32,505 nt of DNA. Origin: Octopus sinensis. Its lineage: Eukaryota. How positions within the stretch are numbered: the first letter of the stretch is position 1; each line of letters begins with the position of its first letter. The stretch spans positions 1 through 32,505 of the forward strand of contig NW_021836267.1 of assembly GCF_006345805.1 (NCBI RefSeq), given 5' to 3'. Shown piece after piece: positions 22,046-32,505 of this stretch. The notes beneath the pieces were generated by a model. That model was not told the origin of the DNA. It saw only the letters and a program-made list of their open reading frames with translations, and ran no database searches. Both the position numbers and the translations under genes were made by a program.

Positions 22046-22155
22046 TATACTTGTAAATTTTAGAGGCCTGGGATATAAAACACACTGTCTAAATGGCAAT
22101 CTTGAGAAGTTAGTCTTCTCAAAACCAGAAAGGAGAAAGCTAATTCGAAAACGAC

Positions 22156-22922
22156 AGATCCAATCAATCAGTGGAACTATAAAAATCTGTAAGCCCTTCC
22201 AGAATTTATCATTTGAATATATATGAGCATGTCTAGATTTGCAACTATATACATGAGAATACATACATAAAACATATAATTCTGCACATATATATATACA
22301 TAGATACATACACACATAATTACGTACAAGCAAAAATACGATGTTGTTGGTGTTGAAATTCCAATGAAGGTGCTTTGGATCTAGGTTAGAAACCAGTTCT
22401 TTCTCTATTGGCAAGAAATCTTGAAATAAACTGAATAATGGCATATATGCATGTATGAATACATCGATGACTGCAGATCGAAGCCGTTACAGGAACTGTA
22501 AATATCTGTAAAACTTTCCGGGCGTTTATTATTTAACCATATATGAGCTTGCCTAGATATGCAAGTATATGCATGAGAAGACATACATAAAACAAAACAT
22601 ATACAAATCTGCACGTATACATACATAATACATACATACATACATACATACATACATAAATACGTACATACATACATACATACATACATACATACATACA
22701 TACATACGTACATACATACATACATACATACATACATAATACATACATACATACATACATACATACATACATACATACAAACGTACATACATACATACAG
22801 ACACACAAAATTACCCTGATGTTGGTGATGGAATCCCAATGAAGGAGACTTGGATCTAGGTTAGAAACCGGCTCTTTCTCTCTTGGCAAGAAGCCTTGAA
22901 ATGAAACCGAATAATGACATAC
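22156..22922. repeat. Two diverged tandem units, each with an internal (TACA)n tract
   Basis: Unit 1 about 22156-22445, unit 2 about 22475-22922; shared atatatgagc..ctagat.tgcaa..catgagaa.acatacataaaac and aatgaagg..cttggatctaggttagaaacc.g.tctttctct.ttggcaagaa. Confidence 0.8.
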
Positions 22923-23256
22923 ATACATACATACATACGTAAGTAAAAACACACCCACATGCATATATATATATATACGTGTTTACCGCCATAATGTAAT
23001 GTTGTTTTCCAAATATTTCATTTATTTTTCAATATTTATTTTTGCATTTTCTGTATGTTTTACTGTTAAGTTTAGCTCAAATTCTGTGAAAAAAGTAATT
23101 GTTTTGCCCTTTTTACAATTTAGTCGGTCAGTAGTCTATTTCGAAAGATCGCTGATGCGATGGCGGTTCTGATGAGATCGAGGTTAATCTAAAATGGAAG
23201 CAGGAGGGGAAAAAAAAACCCAACGCGATGGTAATGAGAATTGTGTGTTTATGACG

Positions 23257-23322
23257 ATGCTGCTGCTGCTGCTGCTGCGGCTGCAACAACAATTACAACA
23301 ACAACAACAACAACTACTACTT

Positions 23323-23371
<49 letters not shown>

Positions 23372-23402
23372 GACTGCTGCTCTTGCTGCTGCTGCGCTGC
23401 TA
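23257..23402. repeat. (GCT)n(ACA)n(CTA)n trinucleotide microsatellite
   Basis: Direct reading. Confidence 0.9.
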
Positions 23403-23547
23403 CTGCCATTTGTGCTATAATAATATTAACAATGCGCTGGGAGAATGACTGATGTAAAGTTGTGAAGTGTGGAATAATCTGAAATGCAACAACATACGCA
23501 CACGTGTTTGAATGTATGCGTACACACACACACACACTTTATGTATT

Positions 23548-23553
23548 TATTTA

Positions 23554-23645
<92 letters not shown>

Positions 23646-23726
23646 TAGATAGACATACAGATAGACATATAGATAGATAGTCAGATAGATAGACAGATAG
23701 ATGGACATATAGATAGATAGACAGAC

Positions 23727-23781
<55 letters not shown>

Positions 23782-23786
23782 CAGAC

Positions 23787-23853
<67 letters not shown>

Positions 23854-23895
23854 TAGATAGATAGATAGATAGTTAGATAGATAGATAGATAGATG

Positions 23896-23978
<83 letters not shown>

Positions 23979-23980
23979 GC
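23548..23980. repeat. Compound microsatellite (TA)n(GA)n(GACA)n(GATA)n
   Basis: Direct reading. Confidence 0.95.
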
Positions 23981-24075
23981 ACGAATGTGTACATGTATAA
24001 GCATACATGTGTTTATATACTTACATTACATAGGGGAATAAATTGATATACATATCTGTGTTGTGTACATATATA

Positions 24076-24134
<59 letters not shown>

Positions 24135-24710
24135 TATATTTATACATACACATATATTTATACGTAAATGAACATACATATGTATTCATACACACATACA
24201 TTTTATATATATATATAAATATAATATATATATTATATATATATATATATATATTATATAATATATATATCATATACATATATATTCATACACACTACCT
24301 TTTATATATATATATATATAGATGATGGGCTGGGCTAGATGCATAACATGGCGTGTCTCAGGTTAGGAAGACACACGATACACTAACGGAAGTGACAACT
24401 TTTCTGTGCTAATGTCGGCCGACATTTGTTATTTCAAAGGTCACATCAAGGAGGACATTACCTATGACCGTACGTTAGAATATTTTTATGTATATATGTA
24501 TTTATGTATGCAAAGATGTATGTATGCATCTATGTATGCATATCCGTGTGTATATGTGTAATGCACTGTACCCAAATTTTAAATATACATGGGTGATATA
24601 CTCCTATGTGCGTAAGCGTATATAATGTATTCAGTTATATAAAACGAAACATATATATATACATACACACGCATATATATTTACATGCATATATACAAAC
24701 ACAGACAAAC

Positions 24711-25116
24711 AGGCGTGGCTGTGTGGTAAGAAGCTTGCTTCTCAACCACATGGTTCTGCGTTCAATCCCACAGCATTTTACCTTGGGCCAATGTTTTCTA
24801 CTATAGCCTCGGGCCGACCAAAGCCTTGTAAGTGGATTTGGTAGACGGAAAATATAAACCCGTAGTATATATACTAATATATACATATATATGTGCGTGT
24901 GTGTATATGTGTGTGTGTATGCGTGTGTGTGTGTTCCTCCGCCATCGCTTAACAACCGATGCTGGTGTGGTTATATCCCATTACCCTAACGGTCACAGCA
25001 AAAGAGAACGATTGAATAAGTACTAAGCTTACAAAGAATAAGACCTGAGGCGGACTAAAGCCCTTTAAGGCGGTGCTCCAGTATGACTGTTGTCAAATGA
25101 CTGAAACAAGTAAAGA
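24711..25116 (+). mobile_element. SINE family B, diverged full-length copy
   Basis: aggcgtggctgtgtggtaagaagcttgctt..gcctcgggccgaccaaagccttg..atcgcttaacaaccgatgctgg..ggcggtgctccag..aaatgactgaaacaagtaaag. Confidence 0.9.
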
Positions 25117-25259
25117 TAGAAGTATAAAAGAATATACATACATATATAGTGAAGGATGGAAAGTTCTTTATAGACACGGGATAGGTATATATGAAAAACT
25201 TTCTGTGACTCTTACATTTCTTTTCTTTCTTATATGTATATATATATATATATATGTGT

Positions 25260-25294
<35 letters not shown>

Positions 25295-25296
<2 letters not shown>

Positions 25297-25425
25297 CCCC
25301 TTTCTGTAGAAGAGTGTAGGCTCGAAACATAAAAGACTTTTTCTATTCCTGAGTGTTATACAAATACATCTGTTTGTTTTGTACACCACCTGTCTCCGTC
25401 TTTTGTCTTTTTCGTCAACTCTCCC
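25295..25425 (+). mobile_element. Repeat family D, single unit
   Basis: ttcccctttctgtagaagagtgtaggctcgaaacataaaagacttttt..atacatctgtttgttttgtacaccacctgtctccgtc..ctccc followed by (TA)n; matches 16873-17000. Confidence 0.75.
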
Positions 25426-25513
<88 letters not shown>

Positions 25514-26179
25514 TACATACATACATACGTGCATAGGCGCACAAACGCATGCGCGTGATATTTAGGTCGATTAGACACACCATAATGGTAGGCATGCAAT
25601 GCATACGTTGCTTAAATACAGTCTAAAACAATACAAATACACATCACTTTAACATCGAATGCATAAAGGCTTTGCAAAAAAGGTCTCCGGGTATATTTTC
25701 CTGTTGTTTCCTAACTGAAATATGTTAACCAAAACTATTCTTTCATTCGTGTGATTTCGTATGACACCGAACTGTAGTGTTTCGCTTTGTTCATATTGAT
25801 TTAACGTAGCTACGCCAGTCAGTCCTACTTTGCCTTTTGTTTGATGATTGCAGCGAAGCATCGCATTGATAAAATAAGGTTTTTTTGTTTAGGAGGTTGT
25901 TTAAAATTAGCTGACATTGTACTTTCATAGTTTATTTGTCTAAAAACGATGAACATGTTGGCATTAGATATTATTTGTTATTTCCAGGTAGTTCTTTCAT
26001 TTGCCCTTATATTCTCTTTACGTTTTTCAGATTCTTTTATATTTCAACTGTGACAGAATGTCAATTGTCTGCGAAAACTCGTGCTTGTTTCTTCATTATT
26101 CCGTATGTCACCCTGACTGAAACTAATTGTGACAATTGATGTGGTTTCCTTCAGGTTATGCTTTGCCTTTATATTTAAA

Positions 26180-26229
26180 CGCGCAACCTATAAATAATAC
26201 GTACCGCGCAACCTATAAACAATACGTAC
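26180..26229. repeat. 25-bp direct tandem duplication
   Basis: cgcgcaacctataaataatacgtac / cgcgcaacctataaacaatacgtac. Confidence 0.9.
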
Positions 26230-26646
26230 CGAAACAACCGATGGCGAACGGCTTCGTTTTATGTAGTTAAATGCTTGCGAGAAATTTGGTACCAACATCT
26301 TCCAAAATTCATTAAAAGATTGTTTCTAATTCTTTTTAATTCTATATTATTCAGGTTTTGGTCAAATTGTCGAGAGTTGGTTAACTTCTCTTAAAGCAAC
26401 AACCAAGTAGCAGTTCAAAAAATATGATTACAAGTGTTCAAAATCAATAAAATTGTCCGAGATTAGCGAAACTGTTTAAGATTATCAAAAATGCTGTGAG
26501 AATAACAAACGCTTTGAGCAGATTTTCTGCATTATTTTGTCACCATGTATATGTTGTTTTGAGAGGTGGTATTGACACATTTTTGATAAAATATGGCAAA
26601 TTGTTTTCGAAAATATACCTGTTATGTCGCACATTCGGATGACCTC

Positions 26647-26734
26647 TGCTACTCAAGTCTCCTCTGACGGCTACTTAAGTCTCCTCCGACTGCGACTCAA
26701 TTGTTCTCCGACAGCTACTCAACTGTCCTCTCTA
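26647..26734. repeat. Degenerate 22-bp minisatellite, 4 units
   Basis: tgctactcaagtctcctctgac / ggctacttaagtctcctccgac / tgcgactcaattgttctccgac / agctactcaactgtcctctcta. Confidence 0.8.
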
Positions 26735-26763
26735 CTTCTAGACTTCTCTATATCTACGTATTG

Positions 26764-26998
26764 CTGTGGTGGCGAGCTGGCAGAAACGTTAGCACGCTGG
26801 GCGAAATGCGTAGCCGTATTTCGTCTGTCGTTACGTTCCGAGTTCAAATTCTGCCGAGGTCGACGTTGCCTTTCATCCTTTCGGGGTCGATAAATTAAGT
26901 ACCAGTTACGCACTGGGGTCGATGTAATCGACTTAATCTGTTTGTCTGTCCTTGTTTGTCCCCTCTGTGTTTAGCCCCTTGTGGGAAGTAAAGAAATA
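26764..26998 (+). mobile_element. SINE family A monomer, full length, 15-bp TSD
   Basis: TSD tatatctacgtattg at 26749-26763 and 26999-27013; A box (tggcagaaacgttag) and B box (gagttcaaattc). Confidence 0.93.
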
Positions 26999-27625
26999 TA
27001 TATCTACGTATTGGGCTAGTCTACTTCATCGTATGGGGGCGTCTAGACAACAACACCTCACACGGAAGGTATATTATTTACATTCTAGGAGGTAGTTGAT
27101 AATGCTTTTCATATATCTAATGGGAGGCGGTTAGTAAATGTTGTACCTCTATTCCTTCCTTCTGACCAAATTATAATTATTTTAAAACAGCCGTGCATTT
27201 ATTATGTTTTCCCTGTACTACCGAGCGCATCTCTGTATGAGATAGGTGTGTTTTTTGTTTCTATTTTCTACTATATTGGAATTAGTCAACGTAGTTTCAG
27301 CCAGCCAATCGGTTGGGATCCAACGTTAGGAGTTGTCTCAGGCCGTGTTGTTTTCTTTTTTTTTAATTGCTGAGTGTGAAGGAAGAAGCAGCATTGATGG
27401 CCTTTGAAGGCTCTTTTAACCGGTGAGATTGATGCCATTTATGTTACGTTTGAAAATTTGTAAATCAACACCCGTGGGAAAACATATGAGCTGGGAAGGG
27501 ATTCTACAGGGTCGAAGTTCTGGGATAGATAAAAACTGTGGGCGTAATGATAAGCTCGATGGGGTTGGATTTGCAAAACGGAAATGCCTGAACGGCGGTA
27601 GACTGAAAGCGGTTTACTGAAGCAG

Positions 27626-27735
27626 GAGGTCGACTTTGCCTTTCATCCTTTCGGGGTCGATAAATTAAGTACCAGTTACGCACTGGGGTCGACGTAATCG
27701 ACTTAATCTGTTTGTCCCCTCTGTGTTTAGCCCCT
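27626..27735 (+). mobile_element. SINE family A, 5'-truncated
   Basis: gaggtcgactttgcctttcatcctttcggggtcgataaattaagtaccagttacgcactggggtcgac..tttagcccct. Confidence 0.9.
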
Positions 27736-27869
27736 AGGCTATAGACATATGTATATGTATATATACCATGTATATGTATATACATATATACATATGTATA
27801 TGTATATATATATATATATATATGTATATAATACATATGTATATTTACATATAGTAACATATGTATATG

Positions 27870-27903
<34 letters not shown>

Positions 27904-27917
27904 TATATACATATATA

Positions 27918-28081
27918 CGACAGGCTTCTTCTTCCAGTTTCCATCTATCAAATCCACTCTCAAGGCTTTGGTTGGCCCAATGCTATAGTAGAAGACACTT
28001 GCCCAAGGTGCCACGCAGTAGGACTGAACCCGGAACCATGTCGTTGGTAAGCAAACTACTTACCACACAGCCTCCTGTGCC
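27918..28081 (-). mobile_element. SINE family B, 5' half, followed by a TA-rich tract (27745-27917)
   Basis: Reverse complement of the B head through gaagaagcctgtcg. Confidence 0.9.
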
Positions 28082-28096
28082 ATAAATATATATATA

Positions 28097-28134
<38 letters not shown>

Positions 28135-28146
28135 TTATACATATAC

Positions 28147-28211
<65 letters not shown>

Positions 28212-28514
28212 CTATATACATATTTATACATAATGTATGTACATATACATAGAGAGTGTGTATGTATGTATACGTAATTGCAAAGTCGTTCTTATTCAGT
28301 ATATCTTATAACATTTCTTTTGCTCATTGATTATTTATGTGCATACAAAGCCGACTGTTTTGTCTTCATTAGTGAATTATGTAATCTTCTTGTATTTCTT
28401 TTGCCCTTGCGGCAAATAAACTGAACCATATTCTCATTACCATTATTTTTGTGATCACACTTTGCTTTTCTTTCTTCTATTTCTCGCTTTTTCTTATTAT
28501 ATAAACACGTCTAG

Positions 28515-28559
28515 AAGATACAAAATTAATACTTACTATGGCTTCTGTATACGAAATAG
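28515..28559 (+). CDS. Candidate 45-nt exon, possibly containing a start codon (MASVYEI...)
   Basis: Long AG-free pyrimidine tract ending tctag (28514); donor ag|gtgagt at 28559/28560; ATG at 28538 in the context actATGg. No recognisable homology. Confidence 0.4.
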
Positions 28560-29003
28560 GTGAGTGAATATGCTGTGCAGATCAATAAAGCAGTTGGTGA
28601 AATATATCGATCGGTTAGTTCACTAAGGACGGTTAATTAATCGAAGCCAATATTTTGCTTTTTAACCATTTTACTTATTCGTGTTCAGATTTCTGATATC
28701 TATACTATATATCGTTGTCATGGCAACATGTATTAGAACTTATCTCCCTACCTACCTACTTACCTACCTACCCCCAGCCATTGTAATATTAGAGGCTTTG
28801 TTATTGTTGTACACTATAGATTTCTCTTGTTTTGAAATTTGGTTTCCCAAGACGCCGATGTATATAATCACATCATGAGTCGGTAAAAAAACGAATTATA
28901 TAACCACGTGAAAGGTAATTCCAGATTTGATAGAAAGCCAGGAAATACTCGAACTTAGCGATTGTGACTTCGAATGATATTCATTTCTGTGGTCGTAGAT
29001 ATT

Positions 29004-29318
29004 CTTGAAGCATTCCGTCGGTTACGACGACGAGGGTTCCGGTTGATCCGAATCAACGGAACAGCCTGCTCGTGAAATTAACGTGTAAGTGGCTGAGCAC
29101 TCCACAGACACGTGTACCCTTAACGTAGTTCTCGAGGATATTCAGCGTGACACAGAGAGTGAACAAGGCCGGCCCTTTGAAATACAGGTACACAGAAAAC
29201 AGGAAGTAAGAGTGAGAGAAAGTTGTGGTTGAAGAGTACAGCAGGGATCACCACCATCCCCTGCCGGAGCCTCGTGGAGCTTTAGGTGTTTTCGCTCAAT
29301 AAACACTCACAATATCAC
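29004..29318 (-). mobile_element. SINE family C, 5'-truncated, 11-bp TSD
   Basis: TSD tcgtagatatt at 28993-29003 and 29319-29329; body near-identical to 18019-18407 but lacks the tRNA head. Confidence 0.93.
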
Positions 29319-29822
29319 TCGTAGATATTACTGATACAGACACGACAAAGTCACTTCAAGCAAAGACTTGTCATAAATCTGCAAACACCATCTTTGTTAT
29401 GGATTACGTAGAGATTGACCGAGGCTTCTAACGTCTGTAAGTTTAAAAACCTCTAACAATTATCGGAACGTTTACTCACTTCAAGGGTACATCGAATTAT
29501 AGATGTTCCGTCAAGCATAAAGTTTAACTTATGACAGTTTATAAAAGAAACAGATTTTTGTTCTTTCGTTAACCTCAAGCTGTACATCACACAGCTTTTG
29601 TTCATCGATTGTTGATAGATTAATCACATGAACGTGTCTTCCACGCAGAACTTAACGTGTTGTTATGTACGTTTTATATATCAGGAGACCATATGTTGAT
29701 TCAATACGTACGTTTCGCGTAGTTGCACAACGGTCGCTTTACCCGTAACCCTGTTTAGTTGAGGTATAATAATATATCTTATATATATATATATGTGTGG
29801 TGTGTTGTGTGTAGGTGTTGTG

Positions 29823-29853
<31 letters not shown>

Positions 29854-29886
29854 GGTTGTTTGTGTTTGTGCGTATGAGTGTGTGTG

Positions 29887-29922
<36 letters not shown>

Positions 29923-30070
29923 CCTCGGCGGAATTTACAGTAGACGTCACTTTCGAATTTCGAAGGCAATCTTACATTTTCCCATTTTATTCATGTATGT
30001 TATAATATTCAAGCGCGCGTACGTGTTATCTTCGATAGTGAATTTATTAATATTTCTTATTATTATAGAT

Positions 30071-30348
30071 CAGTGGTTACCGAACTATTTCTAGATGCCA
30101 CCCCCTTGGCAACCAGGCCACATTCCTTGTGCTTCCTCCTCTTATTCCCCACCACAAACATAGGTCACATTCTGAAGCAAATTCAAAATAACCACATTTC
30201 ACATATAGGACCTAACTGACCCATTATGTTGTGGTTTATACATCCATAGCTCCCTTGTGGCCAACCCACTATCGCTCCAATTTTCCTCATCCACCCTGAA
30301 TCTTCACCACGCCCACGGGATCATTACCGCCCGCTTTGGGAGCCACTA
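30071..30348. mobile_element. hAT-type MITE, decayed
   Basis: Termini cagtggttaccgaac / tttgggagccacta resemble CAGTGGTTCCCAAA-type hAT TIRs; 8-bp flanks ttatagat / atacagat (6/8). Confidence 0.6.
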
Positions 30349-30624
30349 ATACAGATGATAATTGTTAATTGTATTACTGCAAATGATTATAACAATAACA
30401 AATTAATTAAAGCCTGAAAGAAACAAACAATAGAACGAGATTGCCACGGCTGGTTACAAATCCTTTTGTCATATATCTTGCTTTATGACAGCTGGCCTTG
30501 ACCTAAATAACACCAGCAGACTATTGAAATCTACTTTCTCATCATGTGCGCACATATATATATGTGTGTGTGTGTGTGTTAAAAAGAAAATCACCAGGCA
30601 AAACATATGGTATCACTTTTTGAG

Positions 30625-30899
30625 CATTGTTTCTCAACTGTTTTCAACCTACGGACCCATTTGATCCCAATTTTATTCGGATGGACCATCTCCACATTCG
30701 ATGTTCAAAAAATCCTATTATATTCTTACAGTTAAATATTATTAGGAATTGTATTTAAAAATGTGTAAAAATATTTCGTGTATTATAGAAGCACAACCAA
30801 TTTATTGCCGAGAAATTTGAACATCAAAACATTAGATGGACTCCCAAGGGCCATATAGCCCCCACAAAAGAGCCATATGGACCCCATTGAGAACAGCTG
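30625..30899. mobile_element. hAT-type MITE, decayed
   Basis: Termini cattgtttctcaac / attgagaacagctg; subterminal IR gatgttcaaa / tttgaacatc; 8-bp flanks tttttgag / ctttaaag (5/8). Confidence 0.6.
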
Positions 30900-31312
30900 C
30901 TTTAAAGCGTTGATTCAAGCATAATTGTGGATTGTTATAACAGAGTTGCTGGAGTAAAAGGTATCCTATAAATAAGGGAGTAATTTATGCATAAAGTCCG
31001 TTATAGCTGTTTCTAAAATAGTTGTGCATATAGTGCATATATCAGGTGCATACCTATGTATGTAAATGTATGTAGCTATAAACCCATAATTTCAAATGCT
31101 GAATGTAGACGGGCGAGTCGTAGAGAAAGTACCATAATTTATGACTTCCTTACGAATTCATACTGAATATCAAGCATTATAATGCGTATATATAATCGGT
31201 GCTTCGATGCAGAGTAGCTAATGATCAGAGTTGATAATGGGTTGCATGAGCAAAACAGTAATTGTTTCAGCAGCGACTGGGTTCTGCTGAAGTGATGCAT
31301 CGTGAGTTCTAA

Positions 31313-31687
31313 ATTGCATTCTGGGAAGTGAATTTTCTACCAGTAGTTAGTCACGTGATTTTTTTTTCCATTCTACCAGATATGACTTTGAACAGCAGAA
31401 TGGAATAAATATGAAACGTAAAAAAGATGATGACTTTCGTTTTATTTTTCTTTTGTTGTTTGTCTTTGTTTGTTTGGTTGGTTTTAGGAGTATAGTGATA
31501 CATTGAATTCTGGGAAGTGAATTTTCTACCAGCAGTTAGTCACGTGATTTTTTTTCCATTCTACCAGATATGACTTTGAGCAGCAGAATGGAATAAATAT
31601 GAAACGTAAAAAAGATGATGACTTTCGTTTTATTTTTCTTTTGTTGTTTTTGTTTGATTGTTTGGTTGGTTTTAGGAGTATAGTGAT
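31313..31687. repeat. Near-identical tandem duplication with about a 189-bp period
   Basis: attctgggaagtgaattttctaccag starts at 31318 and 31507; both units end ttttaggagtatagtgat; only a few substitutions or indels. Confidence 0.92.
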
Positions 31688-32089
31688 GTTGATGAGATGA
31701 GGTGGTAGGAGGGAGATTTAGAAAGAGGAATAGAAAGAGATGAAAACAAGGCAATGATAAAGAATGAGATTGAGAAGAAGATGAAAAAGAAGAAGAATGA
31801 GGAGGGGAGCAACAGGAAGAAGAGAATAACGAGTAGAAGGAGGAGGAGGAGGAGGAGGAGGAGGGGGAGTAGAAGTAGAAGTCAGAGTGGAGGGTGGTGG
31901 TTGTGGTGGTGGTAATAGCATTAGTGGTAGTGGTGCAAATGATGATGAAGAGAGAGAGAGACGAATCAGAGTACAAAGAAGAAAGATCATCATGTCTGAC
32001 AGATAAACAGCTGCTTTTCCCTTGTTATCCAAACGTAAAATCACGACTATGTATTGATTAATTCCTCCAGATGATGATTATGGTTTTCT

Positions 32090-32474
32090 TCCTTCCTTTC
32101 TTCCTTCCTTCCTTCCTTTCTTTCTTTCTTTCTGTCTTTCTTCTTCTTCTTCTTCTTCTTCTTCTTCTTCTTCTTCTTCTTCTTCTTCTTCTTCTTCTAT
32201 TATTATTATTATTATTATTGTTATTATTATTGTTATTGTTATTATTGTTGTATCTTTTAGAAAATAGAATTATGGGTCAGTAAATAAGATGATTGATTAA
32301 TTTATTAATTAATTAATTAAAAATAATTTTTTGCCGTCTAAGTCGACTAAAACCTTCAAAATATATTATTGGCCTGGCACACATTTTTTCACACCGTCAT
32401 TTTTTTACTTTCAATCACTATTATTATCATTATTATTATTGTTATTATTATTATTATTGTTATTATTATTATTA

Positions 32475-32505
<31 letters not shown>
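32090..32505. repeat. Compound microsatellites (CCTT)n(CTTT)n(CTT)n(ATT)n and terminal (ATT)n
   Basis: Direct reading. Confidence 0.92.

Noticed and set aside
23169-23200. CTGATGA followed by a GAT/ATC stem
   Set aside because: Followed by TAAAA instead of GAAA, with no stem III or stem I.
25649-25861. 70-aa minus-strand ORF with a protein-like composition
   Set aside because: No recognisable motif or splice signals; length is within chance expectation.
26031-26102. Possible 72-nt + strand exon (tttttcag| ... cc|gtatgt)
   Set aside because: Weak donor context and no recognisable peptide; such signals are common in AT-rich DNA.
26647-26734. 22-bp periodic repeat or SINE-A arrays as CRISPR-like arrays
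   Set aside because: No unique spacers between repeats; eukaryotic context; no cas-like genes.
29919-29938. 20-bp match to the SINE A body (tcgacctcggcggaattt)
   Set aside because: Too short to call an element; probably a remnant beside a (TA)n tract.
31271-31301. Possible micro-exon (tttcag| QRLGSAEVMH |gtgagt)
   Set aside because: Very short pyrimidine tract, and it gives stops when joined in phase to the 28515 candidate.

Overview
Eukaryotic, AT-rich, repeat-saturated non-coding DNA (intronic or intergenic), most likely from an octopus. This assignment rests on my recall of octopus tRNA-derived SINE families and on the extreme microsatellite load. No complete protein-coding gene is visible, and most ORFs in the track are microsatellite or SINE translation artefacts. 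The window holds three main tRNA-derived SINE families (here called A, B, C) in many copies, several with clear target-site duplications. It also holds decayed transposase or RT relics (mariner, a Chapaev3-like DNA transposon, an RTE-type LINE), several MITE-like elements, Penelope-like terminal fragments and many compound microsatellites. The most notable signals are: (1) a complete type I hammerhead ribozyme core at 7395-7443, overlapped by its own 60-bp inverted copy; (2) a second, degenerate minimal hammerhead-like motif in a dispersed or tandem repeat (about 16670, 16875, 25300); (3) SINE-A multimers with the same palindromic junction at two independent loci; (4) two SINE insertions at the same target site. 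One plausible 45-nt exon on the + strand (28515-28559) is the only gene-like signal with good splice sites. All alignments and folds were done by eye.
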